In this document: piece by piece, positions 7,025 to 15,941 of the stretch
How positions within the stretch are numbered: the first letter of the stretch is position 1
Layout of the letters: every line of letters begins with the position of its first letter
Assembly: GCA_039815185.1 (NCBI GenBank)
Contig: JBCBZT010000085.1
Coordinates: forward strand, 1-22,559
Direction: 5' to 3'
Length of the DNA: 22,559 bases
From: Cyanobacteria bacterium P01_A01_bin.123
GTDB taxonomy: Bacteria > Cyanobacteriota > Cyanobacteriia > Phormidesmidales > Phormidesmidaceae
Translations under genes and position numbers: made by a program
Notes under the pieces: model-generated
Databases searched by the model: none
Told to the model about the DNA's origin: nothing
Seen by the model: only the letters and a program-made list of their open reading frames with translations

Positions 7025-10000
7025 ATGGTTCGTCCATTTTATACCAACGTTCGTTTGTTGATCTTGACCCTCATTTTGATTCTGGGCTGGGGGCTGTCGT
7101 CTTACCAATCGCTCCCTCGTCAGGAAGACCCAGAGCTGGTTTCTCGCACAGCAGTAGTTACAACAGCCTTTCCCGGTGCCAGTGCGGAACGAGTTGAAGC
7201 GTTGGTCACCACTGTGCTCGAAGAAGAGCTGTCCGAAATTGAAGAAATTGATGTCATCGAATCCGACTCTCGCGTGGGGTTCTCCACTGTTTCTGTGGAA
7301 CTAGTGAACTCTATCGATAATACTCAACCCATCTGGTCTAAGGTACGGGATGAGATAGACGATGCCGCCACCCAGTTTCCGGCTGGTGTTGTGGCCCCAG
7401 AACTGACCGAAGCCATCATCAAAGCCTATACCATCATTGCCTCCCTCACCTGGAATTTGCCAGACGAGCCCAATTACGCGGTGCTGCGCCGCTATGCTGA
7501 GGAGATGGCTGTGCTGATGCGCGGCATTAAGGGAACCGAGGAGGTGGAATTTTTCGGCAGTCCCGATGAAGAAATTCTCGTGGAGCTTAACGCGCCAAAA
7601 CTAGTGGGTGTGGGGCTATCTCCTCAGCAATTGGCCAACCAGATTAGCCTCAGCGACGCCAAGGTGAGTGCGGGGCAACTCCGCAGTCCAGAGCAGACCG
7701 TAGCCATTGAGGTTGAAAGCGAGATAGAAACCCTCGAACAGATCCGCCAAATCCCAATTCAGCGGGGTGACGGTCAGTTCACTCGACTCAGCGATATCGC
7801 CAGCGTTAGTCGCGGCGTGCGGTATCCCCTCAGCGATCAAGCCATTGTCAGCGGTCAGCCCGCCGTTGTGGTTGGCATGATGATGCAGTCAGGACTGCGT
7901 ATCGACCAGTGGGCTGCAGGGGTGCGAGACGAGCTTGATGCATTTCGCGATCGCTTACCTGAAGGCATCGGCTTAGACCTGATTTTTGATCAGAGCAGCT
8001 ATGTCGCCAACCGTATCAGCACATTGCTGTCGAACTTGGTATTCGGAGCGGTACTGGTGGTGGTTGTGACGTTGGTGGGCATGGGCTGGCGCTCAGCCCT
8101 AGTGGTTGGTACAGCCCTACCCTTGACGATTTTTGCCGTGTTTGGTTGGATGAGCGTCTTCGGTGTCCCTATTCACCAGATGTCGGTGACGGGTCTGATC
8201 ATTGCCCTCGGGTTACTGATCGACAACGCGGTCGTCGTGGTCGATGAGATTCAGGTAGAAATGCAGCACGGAGAAGATCCCCTACGGGCTGTTACAAAGA
8301 CTGTGAAATATCTCCAGGTACCGTTGTTGGCTTCCACGCTAACCACAGTGATGACTTTTTTGCCCATCTACCTGCTACCAGGAGGTGCCGGAGAGTTTGT
8401 GGGCTCCATCGCCCTCAGCGTGATCCTGTCCCTGGTGTCGTCCTTGGTTATCTCGCTGACGGTGATTGCCGCCCTCGCGGGGCGAGTGTTAGGACGTAGC
8501 AGCCATCAATACGAGCAGATTAGCCATAGCCAGCATCGTGGCATTCGCGGCAAAGTTGTGATGTTTTTAATGAAGCCTGGTGCCTGGTGGAACGATGGAT
8601 TTGCCTCGCCACCTCTGGGGCGACTGTATCGCTGGTCGATTGGTCGTGCCACTGCCCGACCGCTACTGGCAGTAGCCCTCACCATGACGATCCCCCTGAT
8701 TGGATTTATCGCGGCTGGCACCCTAGAAAACCAATTCTTTCCCCTATTGGATCGCGATCAGTTCCACATTGAGGTAGAGTTTTCCTCCCAGACATCTATT
8801 GGCCAAACCCGTGAACGTGTACTCCAAGCTCGGGAGACGATTTTGGCCCATGACAATGTCCAGAACGTTCATTGGTTTGTCGGCGAAAGCGTTCCCAGGT
8901 TTTACTACAATCTGACTGGCAATCGCCAAAATCAGGCCCATTTTGCCCAGGCTATGGTGCAACTCAAGTCTGAGGATGGCGTCAACACACTGGTACGGGA
9001 TCTACAAAATGAGCTGGACGACCAGTTCCCATCGGCGCGGGTGCTCGTGCAAAAATTCCAGCAAGGTCCTCCCTTTGATGCGCCAGTAGAAATGCGGATC
9101 TATGGCCCTAACTTAGATGAGTTGCGTCGTCTGGGTATGGAGGTACGAGCCCTATTGACCACCATTCCTGACGTACTCCACGTGCGCGATGACCTGACCG
9201 AGGGACAACCCAAACTCGGGCTGTACGTTGACAACGAGCAAGTGCAGCAGGCGGGGCTAACCAACACTGCGATCGCCCAACAACTGGCAGCCTATTCTGA
9301 AGGCATTACTGGCGGCGCGATTTTAGAATCTACGGAAAACCTGCCCGTACGCGTGCGGTTGACTGATACTGACCGCGCTAATCTAGACACACTGGCGTCT
9401 TTGGATTTGCGACCTGAACAGGCACAAGACCGCAACTTCCGACCCACTTCAGCTCTGGGCGAGTTTGAACTGATGCCTGAGTCTGCTAACGTTGCCCGCC
9501 GTGATGAGCAACGGGTAAACACGGTGCAAGCCTTCATTGCCACTGGCGTCTTGCCCAACACGGTGCTGACTGCTTTGCAGGAACGGCTAGAAACCGAGAA
9601 CTTCGAGGTGCCCCCTGGCTACCAATACGAGTTTGGGGGGGAGTATGCAGAACGAAACACCGCCGTTGGCAATTTGCTGCTGTATGTGCCGCTACTGATG
9701 CTGGTGATGGTGACAGCATTGGTCCTATCGTTGGGGTCCTTTCGGCAAGCGGGCATTGTGGCCGCAGTTGCTGTTGGCTCTATCGGCATGGCTCTTTTTT
9801 CCCTAAAAGTGTTTGGGTCGCTGCTGGGGTTCATGGCGATCGTCGGCACCATGGGGCTGGTCGGCATTGCCATCAATGGTGCCATTATCGTGCTCTCAGC
9901 CTTCAATGACGACTCCCAGGCCAGCCAGGGTAATCCCAAAGCAGTGAAAGACGTCGTGGTCAAAGCCACCCGCCACGTATTGACTACAACGATCACCACC

Positions 10001-10222
10001 ATGGTGGGCTTTGTGCCACTGCTGGCCGGTGGCGATCCGTTCTGGAGTCAGTTGGCGATCGCGATCGCGGGCGGCATCGGCGGCTCCCCCGTGCTGGCGT
10101 TGTACTTTGTGCCCGCCGCTTACATCCTGTTTTGTGGTCAGCGCAAGAAGTCCGACAGTGCGCCACCGGATGCCCATGCCGAAACGCCCAAGCAGCTTTC
10201 GCTGGATCATTCTCTCGTGTGA
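7025..10222 (+). CDS. RND efflux permease, AcrB/AcrD/AcrF-like
   Basis: 1065 aa; LPRQEDP, FPGASAERVEALVT, GLLIDNAVVVVD, two large periplasmic loops and two TM bundles. Confidence 0.96.
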   Translation: MVRPFYTNVRLLILTLILILGWGLSSYQSLPRQEDPELVSRTAVVTTAFPGASAERVEALVTTVLEEELSEIEEIDVIESDSRVGFSTVSVELVNSIDNTQPIWSKVRDEIDDAATQFPAGVVAPELTEAIIKAYTIIASLTWNLPDEPNYAVLRRYAEEMAVLMRGIKGTEEVEFFGSPDEEILVELNAPKLVGVGLSPQQLANQISLSDAKVSAGQLRSPEQTVAIEVESEIETLEQIRQIPIQRGDGQFTRLSDIASVSRGVRYPLSDQAIVSGQPAVVVGMMMQSGLRIDQWAAGVRDELDAFRDRLPEGIGLDLIFDQSSYVANRISTLLSNLVFGAVLVVVVTLVGMGWRSALVVGTALPLTIFAVFGWMSVFGVPIHQMSVTGLIIALGLLIDNAVVVVDEIQVEMQHGEDPLRAVTKTVKYLQVPLLASTLTTVMTFLPIYLLPGGAGEFVGSIALSVILSLVSSLVISLTVIAALAGRVLGRSSHQYEQISHSQHRGIRGKVVMFLMKPGAWWNDGFASPPLGRLYRWSIGRATARPLLAVALTMTIPLIGFIAAGTLENQFFPLLDRDQFHIEVEFSSQTSIGQTRERVLQARETILAHDNVQNVHWFVGESVPRFYYNLTGNRQNQAHFAQAMVQLKSEDGVNTLVRDLQNELDDQFPSARVLVQKFQQGPPFDAPVEMRIYGPNLDELRRLGMEVRALLTTIPDVLHVRDDLTEGQPKLGLYVDNEQVQQAGLTNTAIAQQLAAYSEGITGGAILESTENLPVRVRLTDTDRANLDTLASLDLRPEQAQDRNFRPTSALGEFELMPESANVARRDEQRVNTVQAFIATGVLPNTVLTALQERLETENFEVPPGYQYEFGGEYAERNTAVGNLLLYVPLLMLVMVTALVLSLGSFRQAGIVAAVAVGSIGMALFSLKVFGSLLGFMAIVGTMGLVGIAINGAIIVLSAFNDDSQASQGNPKAVKDVVVKATRHVLTTTITTMVGFVPLLAGGDPFWSQLAIAIAGGIGGSPVLALYFVPAAYILFCGQRKKSDSAPPDAHAETPKQLSLDHSLV

Positions 10223-10230
10223 ACTCGTTT

Positions 10231-10321
10231 GGGAGAAAGGGAGTGAAGGAGTACGAGAGTGGCCGAGTCAGCGTCCATTCCCCCATCCCCCTAGCTCCCT
10301 AACCCAATCCCCCCCTTCCCT
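10231..10321. repeat. Opposed purine-rich/pyrimidine-rich degenerate ~8-mer repeats (STRR-like loose hairpin)
   Basis: GGGAGAAA GGGAGTGA AGGAGTAC GAGAGTGG followed by C-rich CCCCATCC/CCCTAGCT/CCCTAACC units right after the RND stop. Confidence 0.55.
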
Positions 10322-10399
10322 GGTGTGAGGCCATCAAAGGGTCTATGACCTGTTTGAAAACGTTCGTTTTATCAAACCAATTTTAGGAGTTTCTACCTC

Positions 10400-13132
10400 A
10401 TGTTTACTCCCACCGTTGATGCCCAAAGCATTGAAACCGAGCGGTCTTGGCATCATCACCCAACTCAAGATTTGTTGTCGCAGTTAGAAACCGATATCGA
10501 CCACGGACTCAGCATTTCAGCAGTGGTACAGCGGCGATCGCAGTTTGGCGATAACGCCCTGACTAAGGTCAAGCGCAAAAGCCTGCTCAAAATCTGGGTC
10601 GAACAGTTCACCAGTCCGCTAATTTACATTCTGGTGATTGCGGCGGTGATTACGGCCCTGCTGCAAGAATGGGTCGATGCCATCGTCATTGCAGTTGTGG
10701 TGCTGTTGAATGCGCTGATTGGCTTTGTACAAGAGGCGAAAGCGACGCGAGCAATGGAGGCGCTGAGCCGGTCGATGCAGAGTCAGGCGACGGTGCTCCG
10801 CAAGGGTGAGAAGCAGCAAATTCCGTCTGCTGAGCTGGTGCCCGGTGATATCATCCTGTTGCAGTCAGGGGATAAGGTGCCTGCCGATTTACGCCTGCTG
10901 ACGAGCCAATCGCTCCAGGTGAATGAGTCGGCGCTCACGGGTGAGTCAGTGCCCGTTGAAAAGCAGGTTACAGATTACCTCGCTGAAGAAACGGTGCTGG
11001 GCGATCGCGTCAACATGGTTTATTCTTCGACGTTTGTCACCTTTGGCACCGGCAAAGGCGTTGTGGTAGCCACAGGCGACCAGACGGAGATTGGACAAAT
11101 CGGCCAGCTCATCGCCTCAGTGGAGGAGCAAGAAACTCACCTAACCCAACAAATCAGCCGGCTCAGCCAGTTTTTGCTGAAGGTGATTGCAGTGTTGGCG
11201 GTGACCAATTTCGCCGTAGGCCTGCTGCATGGGGAAACTCTGACCCACATGTTTGAGGCCACCATTTCGCTGATGGTCGCCATGATTCCTGAGGGACTGC
11301 CGGCGATTGTGACCATTGCGTTGGCGATCGGTGTTTCGCGCATGGCCCGCCAGCACGCCATCATCCGCAAGCTCCCGGCGGTCGAAACCCTGGGCAGCGT
11401 CACCGTCATCTGTTCCGACAAAACGGGCACCCTCACCCAAAATGAAATGACCGTGCAGAACATTTTTGCGGGGGACGATCTCTTTCAGGTTTCGGGGGGT
11501 GGCTACGCCCCCGAGGGCAAATTCTACGAGGCCGAACAGCCCATTCACCCTAGCGAATATCCCGCACTAATGGAGTGCCTGCGGGCGGGGGCGCTCTGCA
11601 ATGACTCGCGGCTGGTGCCCAGCGAAGCGGGGTGGCGAGCGGAGGGCGACCCTACCGAAGTGGCCCTACTCACCAGCGCGCGCAAAGCCGGTGTAGCAGC
11701 CCGGGCTGCAGCAGCTGAGTATCCTCGCCTGAACGAGATTCCCTTTGAGTCGCACTATCAGTACATGGCGACGCTGCATCGCCATCCCGAACAACTAACT
11801 AATGTGGTTTACCTCAAAGGCTCGGTCGAAAAACTGGTGCCGTGCTGCCAACAGCAATACGACAGCGACGGCCAGCTTCGACCAGTGGCACCGTCCACCA
11901 TCGAGCGTATGGCCCACGAGATGGCTTCCCAAGGACTCAGGGTGCTGGCCCTGGCGCGGCTAGAGTTACCCACTGATACCACCACGATTGCTCACAACAC
12001 TGTGGCAACGGGGCTCACCTTTTTGGGCATACAGGCAATGATTGACCCACCCCGCCCCGAGGCCATCGAAGCCATTCAGGTCTGCCAGACGGCGGGCATC
12101 GACGTCAAGATGATCACGGGCGACCACATCGGCACCGCGATTGCGATCGGCCAGCAAATTGGCCTGGTGAACTCAACCGCTGACACCTATCAGCCCATCG
12201 CCCTTAACAGCCGCGACCTCGAAAACCTCTCTCAAGAGGAGCTGGTTGACACCGTGGATCGGGTGTCGGTGTTTGCTCGCGTGACCCCGAAACAAAAGCT
12301 GCGACTCGTCGAAGCGCTACAGCAGCGTAGCCATATTGCGGCGATGACCGGCGACGGCAGTAACGATGCTCCCGCTCTGCAACAGGCTGACATTGGCGTG
12401 GCCATGGGCATCACGGGCACCGAAGTGGCGAAGGAAGCCGCTGAAATGGTGCTCACCGATGACAACTTTGCCACCATCAAAGCCGCCGTCGAAGAAGGAC
12501 GCAGCGTCTTCGACAACATTACGAAAGCCGTCATCTTTGCGCTGCCCACCAACCTGGGACAGGGACTGATTATCATGGTGGCCACCTTCTTGGGCCTGGC
12601 GTTGCCGATTACGCCCCTACAAATTTTGTGGATCAATACGGTGACCGCCATCTTGCTGGGAGCGCCCCTGGTGATGGAGCCCAAAGAACCGGGACTGATG
12701 CAGCGATCGCCCCGCCCCCCTCGCTCACCCCTGCTCAGAAAAATGACCATTCGCCGGATTTTTGTGGCGGGCATACTGCTGGCGACCTTCACCTTTATTG
12801 CGTTCAACATTGCGCTTAACCGAGGACAAACGTTGCCTGCGGCCCGGACGATCGCGGTCAACACGTTGGTCGGTGGTGAAATTGCTATGCTGCTGGGCTT
12901 CCGATCTCTGAAATACTCGCTGCCAGACATTGGCTTTTTCAGCAATCTCTGGGTGTGGGGCGGCATCGGCGCGGCAGCCACCCTCCAACTGCTGCTAACC
13001 TACGCACCCTCCATGAATTTCCTCTTCCAAACCGCCCCGATGCCTCACCGATCTTGGGGGGTAGTAATGATTGGCATGGTCATTCTGTACAGTCTCATCG
13101 AACTCGATAAGCGGCTACAGCGGCAGCGCTAA
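10400..13132 (+). CDS. P-type cation-transporting ATPase, P2A-like (PacL/Pma1-like)
   Basis: LTGES, IPEGLP, CSDKTGTLT, GDPTE, KGS, DPPR, MITGD, MTGDGSNDAPAL; AGGAG RBS at 10385-10389. Confidence 0.96.
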   Translation: MFTPTVDAQSIETERSWHHHPTQDLLSQLETDIDHGLSISAVVQRRSQFGDNALTKVKRKSLLKIWVEQFTSPLIYILVIAAVITALLQEWVDAIVIAVVVLLNALIGFVQEAKATRAMEALSRSMQSQATVLRKGEKQQIPSAELVPGDIILLQSGDKVPADLRLLTSQSLQVNESALTGESVPVEKQVTDYLAEETVLGDRVNMVYSSTFVTFGTGKGVVVATGDQTEIGQIGQLIASVEEQETHLTQQISRLSQFLLKVIAVLAVTNFAVGLLHGETLTHMFEATISLMVAMIPEGLPAIVTIALAIGVSRMARQHAIIRKLPAVETLGSVTVICSDKTGTLTQNEMTVQNIFAGDDLFQVSGGGYAPEGKFYEAEQPIHPSEYPALMECLRAGALCNDSRLVPSEAGWRAEGDPTEVALLTSARKAGVAARAAAAEYPRLNEIPFESHYQYMATLHRHPEQLTNVVYLKGSVEKLVPCCQQQYDSDGQLRPVAPSTIERMAHEMASQGLRVLALARLELPTDTTTIAHNTVATGLTFLGIQAMIDPPRPEAIEAIQVCQTAGIDVKMITGDHIGTAIAIGQQIGLVNSTADTYQPIALNSRDLENLSQEELVDTVDRVSVFARVTPKQKLRLVEALQQRSHIAAMTGDGSNDAPALQQADIGVAMGITGTEVAKEAAEMVLTDDNFATIKAAVEEGRSVFDNITKAVIFALPTNLGQGLIIMVATFLGLALPITPLQILWINTVTAILLGAPLVMEPKEPGLMQRSPRPPRSPLLRKMTIRRIFVAGILLATFTFIAFNIALNRGQTLPAARTIAVNTLVGGEIAMLLGFRSLKYSLPDIGFFSNLWVWGGIGAAATLQLLLTYAPSMNFLFQTAPMPHRSWGVVMIGMVILYSLIELDKRLQRQR

Positions 13133-13751
13133 GCAACATTGACCACGGCCATCCATTGACCAATTTCGACGATTTCAAAAGCTCGGAATCATGAATATTG
13201 CCTATTCCCATTCTCAGCCTCTTACCAACTCAAGACCTCAACGAAATCAGACGTTTTGAGTATAACTTAGAAAGTCGTATTTCCAATAGAAATCTATTTT
13301 TTGAAGACTTGGAAAACGCTTTATAAGATTCATAGATAAATCATAAACTGACCACTCAAAAAGTGGCCATCATTCGAAAGATTGCCTGGGAAGGAATAGG
13401 GTCTGGTGGTTTACAACTCGGCTGGCAGCCTTACGAAAAGCGTTGAAAGCTGCGGTTTAGATCTTTAAAGCAGACCTCATCAACGAGATGAAGTGCCTTG
13501 TCTCGTTATTCATGAGATCCAGACTTTATGGAGCTATAGCTGAATTCGGAATTCGGAATTGAAAGGTCTGTTAGATAGCGATTACAGCGATCTAGAGTGG
13601 TCTAACTAAACTACGACTTGCGGTAATTATTACAGCAGCCATCATCAAAAATAAACAGCTTAACGATGAATTTCTTGGGAGTAGACGATTTCCTGAATGA
13701 AATGAGTGATTTGTCCAAATCTTGTCTTTAACACAAGTGAGAGAAAAATAC

Positions 13752-14060
13752 ATGCGATTTCCCCTTTGGCAATATCTGAATCAACCCTTGTGGGACAGCG
13801 ATCGCTCGTTCGTGCTCAACCCAGTTGAATACTGGAAAAGTTATCGACGAGGATATCTTGATCGCTGTTTTGAAAATGCTTTTTTAGAGCAGTGCTGGAA
13901 CGCAAGCTATCAGCAATTTGTGACTCACTATCATGAGTTTTGCGATCGCGATCCGCTGGAAGAAGAACCACACTGGCTAGCCGAGCGCTGTTGGCAATCA
14001 AACATCAGCTTTCGTCCTTATGAACACCCAGACAACCGGATTTCAGAACCTGAATGCTAA
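13752..14060 (+). CDS. Small hypothetical protein (FPLWQYLNQP motif, three L-x-x-C-W/F-like units)
   Basis: ATG 13752 preferred over TTG 13722; 102 aa; N-terminus resembles a small cyanobacterial hypothetical family as I recall it; stop overlaps the antiporter ORF. Confidence 0.75.
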   Translation: MRFPLWQYLNQPLWDSDRSFVLNPVEYWKSYRRGYLDRCFENAFLEQCWNASYQQFVTHYHEFCDRDPLEEEPHWLAERCWQSNISFRPYEHPDNRISEPEC

Positions 14061-15433
14061 TGATTTTTACGAACTTCAATTCAATACCATTTTTTCTGGC
14101 GATAGTCGGAGAAATCAGCGAGTCTGTCGTTTTTGGGGCGCTGCTCGTCTCCGCCACTGTCATCTTCCTCACCAGCCAAATCTCGGAAGAAGTTTGCGCT
14201 TGGCTGCGGCTGCCCCCCGTGCTGGGTCAACTCATTGGCGGCCTGGTGCTCGGCGTCTCAGCGCTGAAGATCCTGGTCTTTGCCGAAGGCGAGTCGCTGA
14301 TTAATCCGGCGGTGATCGGCCTGATTCAGCAAACCACTGAGGCGGATGCCGCCAGCGCGCTGACGGCCTATTCCCACCAGCTCATTGCCATTTCGGAAGG
14401 TGCCGCAAATTTGGGCGTCGTGGCCCTGCTGTTTCTCATTGGATTGGAGTGCGATTTTGAGAGTCTGCTCAAGGTCGGTCCCCAGGCAGCGATCGTCGCC
14501 ACGGCAGGCGTGATCCTGCCCTTTTTTGGGGGCACCGTGGGGCTCGTCACCCTGTTTGGCACGCCCCTGCTGCCCGCGATTTTTGGCGGGGCCGCTCTGA
14601 CCGCCACCAGCATCGGTATCACTGCCAAAGTGCTGAAAGAACTGGGTCAACTGCAATCGGCTGAAGGGCAAATCGTCATTGGCGCGGCAGTGCTGGACGA
14701 TCTGCTTGGAATCCTCATTTTGGCGCTGGTGGTCAGCCTGGTCAAAGAGGGCTCAATTGACGTTGCGGGTCTGGGCTGGCTGCTGGCGAGTACAACGATT
14801 TTTGTCAGCAGCGTAGTGCTGCTGCGATCGCCCATTTCCTGCACTTTCATCGCGTTGAACCGCTGGCTGCGGTCAGATGACAGTGTGCTGATTACCGGCA
14901 TTGTGTTTGCCCTGCTGGTCGCGGCGATCGCCAACGCCATTCATTTGGAAGCTATTTTGGGCGCGTTTGCAGCCGGCGTCATGCTCAGCGGCACCGAGTT
15001 GCGGCAGCAACTTTTGGAACACTTTGAACCGATCGTCGGCGTGCTTGCTCCCATCTTTTTCATCGTCGTGGGGGCCAAAACTGACCTTAGCGTTTTGAAT
15101 CCGGCTAATCCCGAGAGCGTGACGGGTCTGTGGATGGCTGCCTTCCTCATCGTCATTGCTGTGATATGTAAGGTCGCCGCCAGCTATCTCATTCCCCGCG
15201 CATGTGAACTGAATCGACTGGCGATCGGCATCGGCATGGTACCTCGTGGCGAAGTCGGCCTGGTGTTTGTCGGCATCGGCTCCTCCATCAGCATCATGTC
15301 GGAGGCGCTGACGGCGGCGATCGTGCTGATGGTGGTGGTTACGACTTTGCTGACCCCACTGCTGCTGCGTTGGACTTTACCGGGCGAAGATGTGCCCTCT
15401 GCCATGAGCGAAAAATCCTTCTCTGAAGGGTGA
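14054..15433 (+). CDS. CPA2-family Na+/H+ antiporter (NapA/NhaS3-like)
   Basis: LPPVLGQL, LLFLIGLE, LTATSIGITAKVL, GAAVLDDLLG, LEAILGAFAAG, GMVPRGEVG; highly hydrophobic. Exact start uncertain. Confidence 0.93.
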   Translation: MLMIFTNFNSIPFFLAIVGEISESVVFGALLVSATVIFLTSQISEEVCAWLRLPPVLGQLIGGLVLGVSALKILVFAEGESLINPAVIGLIQQTTEADAASALTAYSHQLIAISEGAANLGVVALLFLIGLECDFESLLKVGPQAAIVATAGVILPFFGGTVGLVTLFGTPLLPAIFGGAALTATSIGITAKVLKELGQLQSAEGQIVIGAAVLDDLLGILILALVVSLVKEGSIDVAGLGWLLASTTIFVSSVVLLRSPISCTFIALNRWLRSDDSVLITGIVFALLVAAIANAIHLEAILGAFAAGVMLSGTELRQQLLEHFEPIVGVLAPIFFIVVGAKTDLSVLNPANPESVTGLWMAAFLIVIAVICKVAASYLIPRACELNRLAIGIGMVPRGEVGLVFVGIGSSISIMSEALTAAIVLMVVVTTLLTPLLLRWTLPGEDVPSAMSEKSFSEG

Positions 15434-15520
15434 CCCATTTCTCAATCTTGATCAGGGCTAGTGGATCAGGAAGCTGCACTCAACTTCCAATATCGGTTGG
15501 CGCTGTTTACCCACCCGACA

Positions 15521-15569
15521 CCTGTTCCCTATTCCCTGTTGTCTATTACCTATTCCCGTTTCCCTTTCA
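15521..15569. repeat. Seven tandem degenerate heptamers (STRR-like, consensus CCTRTTC)
   Basis: CCTGTTC CCTATTC CCTGTTG TCTATTA CCTATTC CCGTTTC CCTTTCA. Confidence 0.8.
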
Positions 15570-15593
15570 CATCCAAATTAAGGAGCAATTTCC

Positions 15594-15896
15594 ATGATTT
15601 TTACCCCCAAAATCCTCCCCCACGAACCTTTCCTGAAAGCTTGGATTCACAAGCAGGTGGAATTGTTGAGCCGTCAGCTTTTACATGCAGGTATCGATAT
15701 TCGACCGGCCGCCCTAGATTTCCAAGCAATTTACGTCATTGAGCATAACGACGAAACCGTTCACTGTTCGCCAGAGCAGGCTTACGCCACGCTCCAGTTT
15801 TTCCAGGCATTACACGAACGAGAGCAGCGCGATGGCCGAGCCGCTCAGGATGAACCGCGCGCGACGACTCAAATTGGCGCGTCTATTGACCGTTGA
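15594..15896 (+). CDS. Hypothetical protein, 100 aa
   Basis: AAGGAG 8 nt before ATG; fills the gap between antiporter and next gene; protein-like composition; no recognised motif. Confidence 0.7.
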   Translation: MIFTPKILPHEPFLKAWIHKQVELLSRQLLHAGIDIRPAALDFQAIYVIEHNDETVHCSPEQAYATLQFFQALHEREQRDGRAAQDEPRATTQIGASIDR

Positions 15897-15941
15897 CGCA
15901 GCTTTTATAAACAAACGTTTGCATCACACTAGAGAAAACTC

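Noticed and set aside
12232..12981. 249-aa antisense ORF and the other overlapping shadow ORFs in the track
   Set aside because: They lie opposite or within well-supported genes and have no motifs; expected from codon bias.
13380..13450. c-di-AMP (ydaO) riboswitch before the ion transporters
   Set aside because: Only a vague 3' resemblance (CAGC...AAGCGTTGAAAG); the conserved 5' GCTGAA...CGGAGGAA...GGGG core is absent.
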